Shown here piece by piece: positions 52,454-64,000 of a stretch of 64,000 bases of DNA. The DNA comes from Psammoneis japonica (Eukaryota), in contig QPGO01000098.1 of assembly GCA_008632985.1 (NCBI GenBank), forward strand, positions 124,001 through 188,000, written 5' to 3'. The notes under the pieces are model-generated. The model was not told the origin of the DNA. It made no database searches and worked only from the letters and a program-made list of their open reading frames with translations. A program made the translations under genes and the position numbers. The stretch's first letter is position 1, and every line of letters begins with the position of its first letter.

Positions 52454-53359
52454 TCAAGAATGAAGACGCTTCAACAAGTGACGCGCCAATGAATGGACAG
52501 CATCATTTTTCCCTTCGCATTTAAGCTCGGCTGCGGCGGCTGCAACGCCTCCACCCTTTTTCGTGATTTCTGCCTTGGCTTGTTCACTGCAAAAGGACAG
52601 ATCAAGGAGGAAAACAAGTGCCTCTTCCTGGACATCTTCATCTTCAATGTGATTGTCCATGGCCGCAATCATGGGATCCACAGCGACCAACAGCTCAGCG
52701 GAAGAGGTTGGGAGTTCACATTGGGTGTCGTTAAGACAACTGATGGCGCACCCAAGCAAGACATGTGCAGCTCCATGGTTTCTGATGGCAGCCGCAATGA
52801 CGCCAATGCACCCGGCATCAAAAATTTTCTTTGCATCTTTGATTGCGAGATTAAAAAGAGCAGTGCAGCCACGTTCCTGCAACTTTCCTTTCTTCAGAAA
52901 CTGCTTCATTGCGTGCACAATGGCATCAGAAGCATCAGCCGCAATGAATTTCCTGCTGAATTGGCAACCATCTCAATCCCCACTGGTGCAGACACAAATG
53001 AGTCTGCATGCTTTTGATTTGATGTCACACGACTCTGCCGTGTTCAATGCATGCACAAGATTTTTGCAAATGTCAGTGCCTTTGAACTCTGCAAGGATGT
53101 CGTCACAGGGCTCAAAGACATCATGGATCTCTTCTTCGTCTTGTTTCAGAAGAACAAGAGTGCAATCAATGGTTTTTTCCACGCTGCTTTTGTCGAGCAG
53201 CTTTTCCACCATGGCGACTTTTGTTCATGGTGGTTCAATGACAGAATCATCATCATCATCCTCCTCCTCGCTTTCACCAACAACGCGATGACGTGCGTGT
53301 GGCGGTGCCTCCTCCTCATCTGTGGCATCCACAGTGGCTCTCTTCTTCGAACTTGACAT
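52454..53359 (-). pseudogene. Armadillo/HEAT-like repeat protein pseudogene
   Basis: IVHAMKQF..LQERGCTALFNLA..IFDAGCIGVIAAAIRNH and AAMDNHIEDEDVQEEAL. In-frame TGA at 52973. No Tyr. Confidence 0.65.
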
Positions 53360-54185
53360 GCTGCTGCCACGATTGACTCTCTAAAGAATGGTTTGATTGT
53401 GCAATGATTGCACCCGGCACCAGTCGATCAATGTCAACAATGGCCAATGCTCTCATGCAGCAACAATGACAGCGGACAGCAGACAGTGGGCGCGATCACA
53501 CAAGCGAATTTGGGAATCATCGGCGACTGTGATTCACGCACTTTGATTTGTCCGACTCGATCGACGACTTCGAAAGGCAACGACGCGACGCACGACACGA
53601 CGCAATGACGCAACGCAACAAAGCATGATGCGATAGAAGATGGTCTCTGCCCACTAGAGACCTGCTCTCTAGAGAGCAGCTAGCTCTTGATGGAGGTCCG
53701 TCAACTTTGTGCTAAGAGCAACAAAGTGTCAATGGGGAACAATGCGAGATGAGTGAAGCCCGTAAGTCGGCCAGCTGCCGACTGCCGACAATTTAGCCAC
53801 CAGGTTCTCATGCCAAGGTCTGGCAGCAGCCATTCTCAAATTCTACCGGCAGAGGCTCCAGGCAGTGCGCGGTTTAAAAAAGAGCTTCCTCCCAGTCTGC
53901 TCATGTTCTGTTGGCCTCAACGATGGCAGTTTGAATTCGATCATCATGAATCATGACATTGATTTTTATTGGTTGTAATTTCCATGTGGCACTAGCCTCT
54001 CAATGTGTGCACAACAAAAACAAATCATACAGGCAAGTAAACAGCGACCAATTTTAACCATGACGCACTGTCGGCTTGCTCGAAAACATGCACAATGACG
54101 TCACACGCGCGCGACCTGTCATGCCTCATTTTCTCCTTTGTGGTGTGTGGGTCTCTTCTTGGTGTCCTCTACCTCATCATCACTT

Positions 54186-57100
54186 TTAAAGAAGACAGCC
54201 CACAGCAACAGTCACAACACCAAGAGCAACATTTCCTGCCAAACTGGAAATGGCATTCATGCATGCAGTGCTTGGTTGCCCGACAATCTTGCCACAATGC
54301 CACTCCCAACAGCTGGATTGGCATGACAAGAGATTGCAAATCACCAAAGTTCTCTTCCAAGGCCCATTCTGAGACTGTTGAACCGCCCCCTCGTCTGGTG
54401 TGGCCTCACTTCCATCAAAGAGAGCTCTTCCATTGTAGAGTCGGGCGCCAGAACTGTCCGTGCCGGTCATCATGAGCTCGACATCCTGGAGATTGGAAAA
54501 GTTGTCACCCATTTGATCCTTGAGAAAGGCTTCGGCAGTTTTGGTCAACTCCTCCTCACTGTCGACCGTGCCGTCCACCAGCAAACCAAACTCAGCAAGC
54601 ACCCTTCGTCCAAATCACCCTCCATGGCGACATCCCTCAACATGACGCCACTTCCAATGGCTGGATTTGCATCAATGAGCGCCTGAAGACCCGCTTGATC
54701 ATCTTTCAACGCCTTGCGTTGTGACTCGAGGACGACTGCCTCAGTCGGGACGTTCTCCGTTCCTTCCAGAATGGCTTTGCCACTGTGCTGGCACGCTCCA
54801 GAATCATCAGTGCCGGTCATCATCAGCTCGACGTCTCTGAGATTGGAAAAGTCCTTGCCCATTTCTTCCTTCAAGAATGCCGCGGTGGTTGACGTCAACT
54901 CTTCCTCACTGTTGACTGTGCCTTCCAAAAGCAAACCAAAGTCGGCAAGAGCAACCTCAGACGTTTCCACATCGTCCTCAAAGGCAAAGCCCTGCAACGT
55001 CAGATTGCTTCCGACAGCAGAATTTGCGTTAATGAGCTCTTGTAAACTGGCTTGGTTGTCTTTGAGAGCCTTCCTTTGAGATTCGAGCACTTCTGTCTGT
55101 GGCAGTGCAGGGACGGCTCCGTCGAAGATGGCCTTTCCACTGCATTGACGCGTGCCCGAATCATCGGTGCCTGTCATCATCAGATCAACACCTTCGAGAC
55201 TGGGCAGGTCTTTGCTCATTTCTTGCATCAAGAATGCGGCAGCAGTTGAAGTCAACTCCTCCTCGCTGATGACATCACCATCCAACTGCATCGCAAAGTC
55301 AGCAAGATCAATCTCGACGCCCTTGATCGCAGCGCCCGTCACCGTGATGCCGCTTCCGATTGCAGAATTGGCAGCGATGCTCTCCTGCAATCCAGATGCA
55401 TCTTCCAAAGCTCTGCTCTGGGAGCCGAGGACATCTGCTTTGGCTGGAGGAACAACGGATCATCAAAAGCAGCCTTTGCACTGCATTGACGTGCGCCAGC
55501 CTCGTCGGCACCTGTCATCATGAGCTCGACATCTTCGAGGCTCGAAAAGTCAGCGCCCATCTTGTCCTGCAAGAACGCAGCAGCAGCAGAGGCTGGCTCT
55601 TCCTCACTGTCGACTTCGCCGTCCAATTGCAGGGCAAACTCAGCAAGATCAATCTCAACACCCTTGATGCCTGCATCTTGGACCGCAATGCCACTTCCGA
55701 CAGCAGCATCAGCAGCAATGCTCTCCTGCGACCCAGATGCATCAGCCAACGCTCTGTTCTGAGAGTCGAGGACTTCCGATTCCGTTGGTGGGGTTGCAGA
55801 TCCCTCGAACAGAGCCTTTCCGCTGCATTGACGGGCACCAGAATCATCGGTGCCCATGCTCATGAGATCAATGTCCTGGAGGGTTGAAAAGTCAGCACCC
55901 ATCTTTTCCTTCAAAAACGCCGCGGCAGTGGAAGTCAACTCCTCTTCACTCTCAACATTGCCGTCCAATTGCAATGCAAAGTCGCAGAGCGATTTCAACA
56001 GGCGGTTTGTCTCCTTCCAGGGCTGCACCCTCTACCGCAACACCATCTCCAATGGCAGAATTGGCCTCAATCGCAGCCTGCAATCTGGCCATATCTTCTG
56101 AAGCTTTCCTTTGAGATTCGAGAAGGACAGTGTCCATCGGCACAGAAGCTGATCCTTCAAACAGAGCCTTTCCGCTGCATTGACGGGCACCAGAATCATC
56201 GGTGCCCATGCTCATGAGCTCGATGTCCTGGAGGGTTGAAAAGTCAGCAACCATCTTTTCTTTCAGAAATGCCGCGGCAGTGGAAGTCAACTCATCCTCA
56301 CTGTCAACATTGCCATCCAATTGCATTGTAAAGTTGGCGAGAGCGAGTTCAACAGGCAGTTCGTCTCCTTCAAGAGATGCACCCTCTACCACAATGCCAT
56401 CCCCAACAGCAGAATTGGCATCAATGGCTGCTTGCAGTCCGGCTTCGTCTTGTGGAGCGTTCCTCTGAGACTCGAGGACTTCGCCTTCCGCAGGAGCAGC
56501 ATCGGATCCGGCAAAAACAGCTTTTCCGCTGTGCTCTTGTGCACCAGAATCGTCCATTCCGGTCGTCGTCAACTGAACATCGTCGAGGTTTGAAAAGTCA
56601 GCGCCCATCTTTTCTTTCAAGAACTCTGCGGTGGTGGAAGTCAGCTCGTCTTCGCTGTCGACATCCCCATCAAGCTGCAGGGCAAAGTCAGTGAGCGCAA
56701 CTTCAACCGGAGCTTCCTCTCCTTCAAGGGCGATGCCCTCTACCGCAACACCATCTCCAATCGCAGAATTGCCGTCAATGGCTTCCTGTGACCCAGATTC
56801 GTCTTGCAGAGCATTCCTCTGAGACTCAAGGACTTCAGCTTCCGCAGGGGCAGCATCGGATCCAGCAAAAACTGCGTTTCCGCCGTACAATCGTGCACCA
56901 GAGTCGTCCGTTCCGGTCGAAGTCAACTCAACATCTTCGAGGTTCGAAAAGTCCGCGCCCATCTTTTCTTTCAAGAACTCAGCGGTGGTGTTGGTCAACT
57001 CCTCTTTGCTGTCGACCTCGCCATCAAGCTGCAGGGCAAAGTTAGACAGAGCAACTTCAACCGGAGGTTCGTCTCCCTCAAGGGCTCACCCTCTACAGCA

Positions 57101-60100
57101 ATGCCATCTCCAATGGCAGAATTGGCATCGATGGCTGCTTGCAATCCAGCTTCGTCGTCCAGTGCATTCCTCTGAGACTCGAGGACTTCATCTTCCCAGG
57201 AGCAGCATCAGATCCAGCAAAAAAGGCTTTTCCGCTGCACTCGCGTGCACCAGAATCGTCCGTTCCGGTCGTCGTCAACTCAATGTCCTCGAGGTTCGAA
57301 AAGTCAGCGCCCATCTTTTCCTTCAAAAACGCCGCAGCAGTGGAAGCCAACTCCTCTTCACTGTCGACCTCGCCTCCAAGCTGGAGAGCAAAGTCAGACA
57401 GAGCAACTTCGACCGTAGTTTCGTCTCCCTCAAGGGCGACACCCTCTACCGCAATTCCATCTCCAATCGCCAAATTGGCGTCAATGGCTTCCTGTGAACC
57501 AGATTCGTCTTGTGGGGCGTTCCTCTGAGACTCGAGGACTTTGGCTTCCGTAGGAGCAGCATCGGATCCAGCAAAAACAGCTTTCCCGCTGCATTCACGT
57601 GCACCAGAATCGTTCGTTCCAGTCGTCATCAACTCAACATCCTCGAGGTTCGAAAAGTCAGCACGGTGGTGTTGGTCAACTCCTCTTCGCTGCCGACATC
57701 GCCATCAAGCTTCAGGGAAAAGTTGGCGAGAGCAACTTCAACAGTGGGTTCGTCTCCCTCAAGGGCGACACCCTCTACAGCAATGCCATCTCCAATCGAC
57801 GAATTGGCATCAATGGCTTCCTGCAAACCAGATTCGTCTTGTGGGGCGTTCCTCTGAGACTCGAGGACTTCGGCTTCCATGGGAGCAGCATCAGATCCGG
57901 CAAAAATGGCTTTTCCGCTGCACTCTCATGCACCAGAATCGTCTGTTCCGGTCGTCGTCAACTCAACATCGTCGAGGTTTGAAAAGTCAGCGCCCATCTT
58001 TTCTTTCAAGAACTCTGCAGTGGTGGAGGTCAACTCATCCTCCCTGTCAACATCGCCGTCAAGCTGCAGGGAAAAGTTGGCGAGAGCAACTTCAACAGGA
58101 GGTTCGTCTCCCTCAAGGGCAACACCCTCTACAGCAATGCCATCTCCAATCGCCGAATTGGCGTCAATGGCTTCCTGCAAACCAGATTCGTCTTGTGGGG
58201 CGTTCCTCTGAGACTCGAGGACTTCGGCTTCCGCAGGAGCAGCATCGGATCCAGCAAAAACAGCTTTTCCGTTGTGCTCTCGTGCACCAGAAATCGTCCG
58301 TTCCGGTCGCCGTCAACTCAACATTGTCGAGGTTTGAAAAGTCAGCACCCATCTTTTCTTTCAAGAACTCTGCGGTGGTGGAGGTCAACTCATCCTCACT
58401 GTCAACATTGCCGTCAAGCCGCAGGGAAAAGTCGGCGAGTGCAACTTCAACCGGAGGTTCGTCTCCCTCAAGGGTGACACCCTCTACCGTGATGCCATCT
58501 CCAATCGCCGAATTGGCGTCAATGGCTTCCTGTGACCCAGACTCATCTTGTGGAGCATTCCTCTGAGACTCCACGACTTTGTCTTCCGTAGGAGCAGCAT
58601 CGGATCCGGCAAAAATGGCTTTTCCGCTGTGCTCTCATGCACCAGAGTCGTCCGTTCCGGTCGCAGTCAACTCAACATTCTCGAGGTTCGAAAAGTCAGC
58701 GCCCATCTTTTCTTTCAAGAAGTCTGCGGTGGTGGAGGTCAACTCCTCTTCGCTGTTGACATCGCCGTCAAGCTGCAGGGCAAAGTTTGCAAGATCAACT
58801 TCAACCAGAGGTTCGTCTCCCTCAAGGGCTGCACCCTCCACCGCAATGCCATCTCCAATCGCCGAATTGCCAACAATGGCTTCCTGCAACCCAGATTCGT
58901 CTTGTAGAGCGTTCCTCTGAGACTCGAGGACTTCGTCTTCTGTGGGGCAGCATTGGATCCAGCAAAAATTGCTTGTCCGCTGCAGCCACGTGCACCAGAA
59001 TCGTCCGTTCCGGTCGTCGTCAACTCAACATCATCGAGGTTTGAAAAGTCAGCGCCCATCTTTTCTTTCAAGAACTCGGCGGTGGTGGAAGTCAACTCCT
59101 CTTTGCTGTTGACATCGCCGTCAAGCTGCAGGGCAAAGTCAGTGAGCGCAACTTCAACCGGAGGTTCGTCTCCTTCAAGGGCGACACCCTCTGCCGCAAC
59201 TCCATTTCCAATGGCAGAATTTTCGTCAATCGCTGCTTGCAGCCCGGCTTTGTCTTGCAGAGCGGCCCTCTGAGACTTGAGGACTTCATCTTCCGCAGGA
59301 TCAGCATCGGATCCGGCAAAAACAGCTTTTCTGCTGCGCTCACGTGCACCAGAATCATCCGTTCCGGTCACCGTCAACTCAACATCCTGGAGGTTCAAAA
59401 AGTCAGCACTCATCTTTTCCCTCAAAAAATCAGCCGTGGTTGAAGTCAACTCATCTTCACTGTCGACAGTGCCTCCAAGTTGAAGGGCAAAATTTGCCAA
59501 ATCAATTTCAGCGGCAGGAGGCGCAGCAGTTGGAGCCGACGCAGGAGCGTTGGCAGCATCTTGAGAGACACAACAATCCACTCTCGTGGGGTCAGCACCA
59601 GAGCATCCTGGGAACTGCATGGCGAGAACCAACACAATGACAAAAGTGAGAAAGGCAGAGGGGTGTTGGCAGAGGTGATTGGGCTGACACACGACATGAC
59701 GCGCCAGATCTGCACACACACCACTTTTGAGTCTCCGGGATTCTGGCGAATGCGTTGAAGGCCGTTGAGGCAATCGTCATCTGTGTCGCAGTCACCTGTG
59801 AAAGGAGAGCAAAAGGAGTTGGCATGCGTCAGCACTCAGAACTTCACAGAGGTTTTCGCCAGAGCGAGTGGCCTTGCGACTGCGGATGACAGACGCGTTC
59901 CAGCCCTGGTTGGGACTCCGTGTGACATTGGGCCCGTAGAATTCTGTGTGCGAGCTCCGCAGTGCGAGAATTTAATTGATGGATGTGTTTGTCTTCAACA
60001 TCAAATAAATGGCCAAGTTTGTGGTGCAATTATGCCTCTTGCCACTCGACGTTTTTGCAAATGCACCTGCCCTGCGCGATTCTTAAGACATCAAAGAATC

Positions 60101-60514
60101 GCGCTGCAACAAAAAAATGTCAAAAGTTGTTGGACGGATCGCTCAACAAGTGCACCATAAAATGACACAAAATGTCAAAAAAATCACGTAGAAATCTACG
60201 TGCGCGACATACGACATGATTCAAAAAACTGTCGATGTCACAGTTCAGCAGTGCGAGGTCCCACCCAGACCTGGAGCGCGTCGACAACCACATGTTTTAA
60301 GATGCCACACCTTGACAAAGACCACACCGATCGGTGGGATCACATTCTCGACCAAGATGATCGAGGGGAGGAGGCGGCGCAGGGGCTGGGGTCTCGTCAT
60401 TCTTCAATTGTCGACGGGCCAAGCTGGGTTGAACTCCACGCAGCCGCTCAGCCTTGGTGAAAACAGCAAGCTCAAAAGCACTGTCAGGAGAGAAATCCTG
60501 GAAGAGCGAGCCAT
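54186..60514 (-). pseudogene. Secreted frustulin-domain protein with ~15 acidic ~118-aa tandem repeats and a hydrophobic C-terminus; frameshifted and TpA-mutated
   Basis: Exon 1 (60514-60311) has a signal-like MARSSRISLLTVLLSL, a frameshift, then ..CDPTDRCGLCQ. It splices to GDCDTDDDCLNGLQ (from 59795) and FPGCSGADPTRVDCC, which together match the frustulin acidic cysteine-rich motif. A Pro/Ala linker, the repeats and a terminal ALGVVTVAVGCLL follow. Confidence 0.75.
54250..59510 (-). repeat. Coding tandem array, ~354-bp unit, ~15 copies
   Basis: GAGACTCGAGGACT-like anchor recurs at ~54720, 55078, 56113, 56468, 56821, 57174, 57527, 57856, 58210, 58565, 58920 and 59273. One unit has a short deletion near 57660. 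Confidence 0.92.
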
Positions 60515-61224
60515 GATCTTATAGCACACGAAGAACTCTCGGGCTTATGGGGTATACGGTACACTCTGTTGTGTCGACTTCGAGACGGTGCGTACGCACT
60601 GTAGTGTCTTTCGCTGCTCTTTCACTTGAAAAAGTTGTGAAAAGAACGCGTTGACACTCTCGAAGATCCGGCACTGGACAAGATTTTGGCACGACCCATT
60701 ATGTATATCTAACGATATATATACATCTAATCGTAAACTGTTCGTAGAGAGCGAGTATCAAATTGTCCAAAATTGTATACAAATCCTGTTTTGTTTAAAT
60801 TGTCTATCGCGATTTTAGGACTATTTTTTATATTATAATTAATGGACTTTAATATATCCGAAAAGGCTGTAGTGCTTATCTAATACAAGCATTTAGCTCT
60901 GGATGTGTAATTTGACGTTGTCGACGTCGCTGGTGGCGCATGCGACAACAGCAACATACTAAGTACATAACAAACATACTGTACGGTACACTGTAACATA
61001 CCGGGCGGTAGGGCCCTACTAACATACGCATGCTGACAACCCGAAGCCGTCCCTACCTCCTCTCCCGGCCCGCCCAGTCGGACGAAGCACGACTCTACCA
61101 AAAGCACTCCGTCACGACTCAATCAAGAATTAGTCAAAATTGAAAAAATTCCAGTTGGGAGTGTGAAAATTCGGCCTGTCATGATATTACAGTGCTTTGT
61201 TCACTGCCAAAGCATAGATCAAGA

Positions 61225-62109
61225 ATGAGCCAAGAAAATGGTCTTCTGTATCGTAGCACTATTCAGATGTATGATGCTGTTCGTAGTGGGAGCATAGATA
61301 GAGTTCGAAACCTTGTCCAAGCTGGACATGACGTGAACGCTTCAATTGGATGGTGCGACGACTTCAAAGAATTTCCAATAATTTATGCTACCTGCGGCGA
61401 ATGGTTCTGCCCCGACGAAATGGTCGAGGTCCTCCTGGAAAATGGGGCTAATGTCAATCAACGTACGGGATTTCGTGAGACGCCACTACATTATTGTATA
61501 GGTCTTAGAAAAGCACAAACCCTTGTGTCGCATGGGGCTGATGTGAATGCTCAAGACTTCCGGAATGCCACCCCTCTACACAGAGCTGCCGCACACGGAG
61601 CCGTTGAAGTAGCAGAATTATTGATTCAGAATGGCGCGCATTTGAACGCAGCGGACAGACAAGGGATGACCCCGCTACATTGGGCCATATGCTTCCACGG
61701 CGAAATTCATGATAACAGCATGGAAAACATGGTACTACTGCTGATGCAACAAGGCGCTGATTTGAATGCTGCTGATAAAAGCGGGCGCATTCCACTTCAC
61801 CGTGCAATAGCAAAAGACTATGAATCCATTGTGCTGCTTTTGATGAAAGATCACGCGCGACAGCTTGTGGTTGCGGACAACGCTCATCCGTGTGTCTGGG
61901 CCCATGCTTTAGGTACTATCGGACGCAAGGCCGAATCGGAGAGGCTAGGATTGATGCTTTCCCTGATCCAAGAAAAGCCTGATCTCTTTAAAATGGAACC
62001 AAAATCCATGGATTGCAAAGTTACATTAGGTGCGGTAGATAACGTCACTTGCGGGGTCTTGGAACTCCTCGGGTTGAATGCCTTACCTCTCACGCACGCT
62101 CATAAGTAG
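61225..62109 (+). CDS. Ankyrin repeat protein
   Basis: GANVN..ETPLH, GADVNAQD..ATPLHRAA, GMTPLHWA, GRIPLHRA. Uninterrupted ORF with normal TA content. Confidence 0.9.
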   Translation: MSQENGLLYRSTIQMYDAVRSGSIDRVRNLVQAGHDVNASIGWCDDFKEFPIIYATCGEWFCPDEMVEVLLENGANVNQRTGFRETPLHYCIGLRKAQTLVSHGADVNAQDFRNATPLHRAAAHGAVEVAELLIQNGAHLNAADRQGMTPLHWAICFHGEIHDNSMENMVLLLMQQGADLNAADKSGRIPLHRAIAKDYESIVLLLMKDHARQLVVADNAHPCVWAHALGTIGRKAESERLGLMLSLIQEKPDLFKMEPKSMDCKVTLGAVDNVTCGVLELLGLNALPLTHAHK

Positions 62110-62246
62110 CTGGATCACATTGATAACTCTACTTCTGGTAGCTAGAGAGCGAGAGTGTGTGCGTGTGTCAAAAGGAAGCGGGCAGTACATATGTAGAAGC
62201 AAAAGGGAGTAAATACACCTAGCTGCACTATCTCAAGGCCATTCAG

Positions 62247-64000
62247 TTAGTAGTACAAGCTTTGGTTCGCCTGCTGCCACGCATTCATGCGACGAGTCGT
62301 GGCTGCCGTCGTCGCCGGCTTCTTTCTGTCATCTGCAACCGTATTTGCATTCAAGTACACCCAGCAGTTCCGACACAGCAGATCAAAAGCCAGAGCTAAA
62401 ACACCCGCTGTCTTGCTTGCTGGATAGAGCAGAAACACGAGAAAATAAACATGAGTGCACTCGTGAGCAAGTGAGTCATTTCACGGTGACAGGAGAATGG
62501 TAATACTTACATTCGACAATTTCAAGAAAAATTAATCGGCTTTCCGGGGAGTTCCACAGGCACTGTGATTGTTTCACTAACGACTCCAGTTCTATGTCAA
62601 AACGAGCATTAAGGTCACTGAGCAACTCCTTGGCAGGTCGAGAAGACCCCTCTGTCGACCCTTCAACTGCAGAGAAAGCCCCAGTCAACTCGAAGAACGC
62701 CCCTTCCAGAGTGATCAGCCCATTCCGGACGGTGGTGATATCAAAACAGAAGTCTTTCATTGTCGTAATCCACACGTTCCTTGCCCCGCTCTTGCCACCC
62801 CAGTTGTTGTCGAAAGTTCGATTCTTGATGCGAGTGTATAGCTCTTGTTCCCGCTTTATCATCAGTCGAGCCAATGCCATTGGTGAATAAGACTGAGCTG
62901 CATCCACTGCACGGCCACAGAACCGTCCTAGCGAGTTGCGGTATGCAAGAAAAGCTCCGTCGTCCTCCTTGTATCCCGCAAGTTCCCGTTTCCACTTCAT
63001 TGCGCGACATAAACTCTCAACCAGCTCTATCCCGTTTATAAGGAAGTCTTCCCCGCTGTCGTACAGCACGCGCCACATTGGCACTGGCTCGGAAGGAGTT
63101 TCAGGTCGGTCGGCTGGGGATTCTCGATCATCTTTCTCGTCATCATCCTCGATCTCTATGTGCATCTTCCACCCAACAACGGTTGCCATTATGTAGCTTG
63201 CCAACACTGGTACCTTGTTTGGGTCCAAAATCTCACGTACGCGCACCCTTTTCCCAATCGCGGAAGCAACTCCCTCCAGCAAACTGTGATCAACAACAGG
63301 GGACGGAGGTACAGCAGCTTTTGCAGCTTTTAAGACTTCCTCATCCCCGGTTGTGTGGAACTCCTCCGTGGCCTCGTCGTTGCCTTCTCCCTTCTCATTG
63401 CTTGCAGCTAGACCGCTGTCCTCAAGAGTAGTCTTCAAATTCGTTCGAAGCTCATTCTCTCGTATACCTCTTTTATCCAGGTGCTTCATCATTGCCCGAA
63501 ATGATGTCTCCGTGATATGACCACCCCAAAAACGTTTCGCCAATGCAAGAATCGAACCGGATGAGTGATACTCCTGGCAGTTGAAACGCACGAGCTTCTC
63601 AATTGAGTCGCTCCGCCGGTCTGCGTCACTTTCTATCAACTCATCAGTCTTATCCTCCTCGCATATGCGTATGGCTGTTACATCATGTCGCAGATTAACG
63701 TAATCCGGGCTTGTCAGTGTCCCCTCGGCTTGATCATCGCCATCCTTCAAAATGTAATCGGCTTCAGCCCACACGCGCCCAGTCAAATCACCGCTGAAGT
63801 GCCAAAAACGATTTCGAAAGCGATCTCTCCCCAGCGGTTCTGTGCGTATGAAGCACTTGTTACGCTTCGCCACAAGATCTTTCTGTGCGTCGATTACGCG
63901 TTTCCGGCTCTCTGCCGTTTTTAGCTCCAGCGCAGCATCACGTAGCAAGTCAAGCGCCCACAATCCATCAGTTTCGGGATTAGGACCCGTCAACTTGGCT
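62247..64000 (-). CDS. 3' part of a WHIM/DDT-family (BAZ/WSTF-like) chromatin protein; intron 62510-62420; 5' end outside window
   Basis: EPLGRDRFRNRFWHF (WHIM2-like) and LDKRGIRENELR (WHIM3-like). GTAAGT..CAG intron joins the last exon in frame. Confidence 0.75.

Noticed and set aside
54250..59510. CRISPR array or non-coding satellite
   Set aside because: Units are ~354 bp, lack unique spacers and translate into a coherent protein repeat.
1..60520. Classical RIP or CpG deamination as the sole explanation
   Set aside because: RIP creates TA and CpG decay does not remove it. Here TA is the ancestral state that is lost, often with CpG retained.
98..60524. Hundreds of short Cys/His-rich ORFs as genuine small or metal-binding proteins
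   Set aside because: They overlap on all frames, lack Tyr and are explained by loss of TAA/TAG and TG/CA enrichment.
62247..64000. WHIM/DDT chromatin gene as the cause of the hypermutation
   Set aside because: Proximity only. No catalytic domain is visible in this fragment.

Overview
This is eukaryotic DNA, most likely from a diatom (inferred from a frustulin-type domain, diatom-style Copia and PIF/Harbinger elements, and short GT-AG introns). Two small islands hold apparently intact genes: an LRR membrane protein at ~25.1-29.1 kb, and an ankyrin protein plus a WHIM/DDT-type chromatin protein at ~61.2-64 kb. The remaining ~55 kb is transposons, MITEs, duplications and decayed host genes. The main observation is a directional, domain-restricted hypermutation across that 55 kb. 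TpA dinucleotides have been largely converted to TpG or CpA (A:T->G:C at TpA), which is the reverse of fungal RIP (CpA->TpA). Paralogous copies inside the window support this directly: a TA-intact versus a TA-erased MITE, two Copia copies with reciprocal His versus Cys at conserved Tyr, and ~15 tandem repeats of one gene. It appears separable from ordinary CpG decay and stops abruptly at the intact genes. Because it erases TAA/TAG stops, most ORFs in the supplied track are spurious. All family assignments come from motif recognition by eye, and no counts or searches were run.
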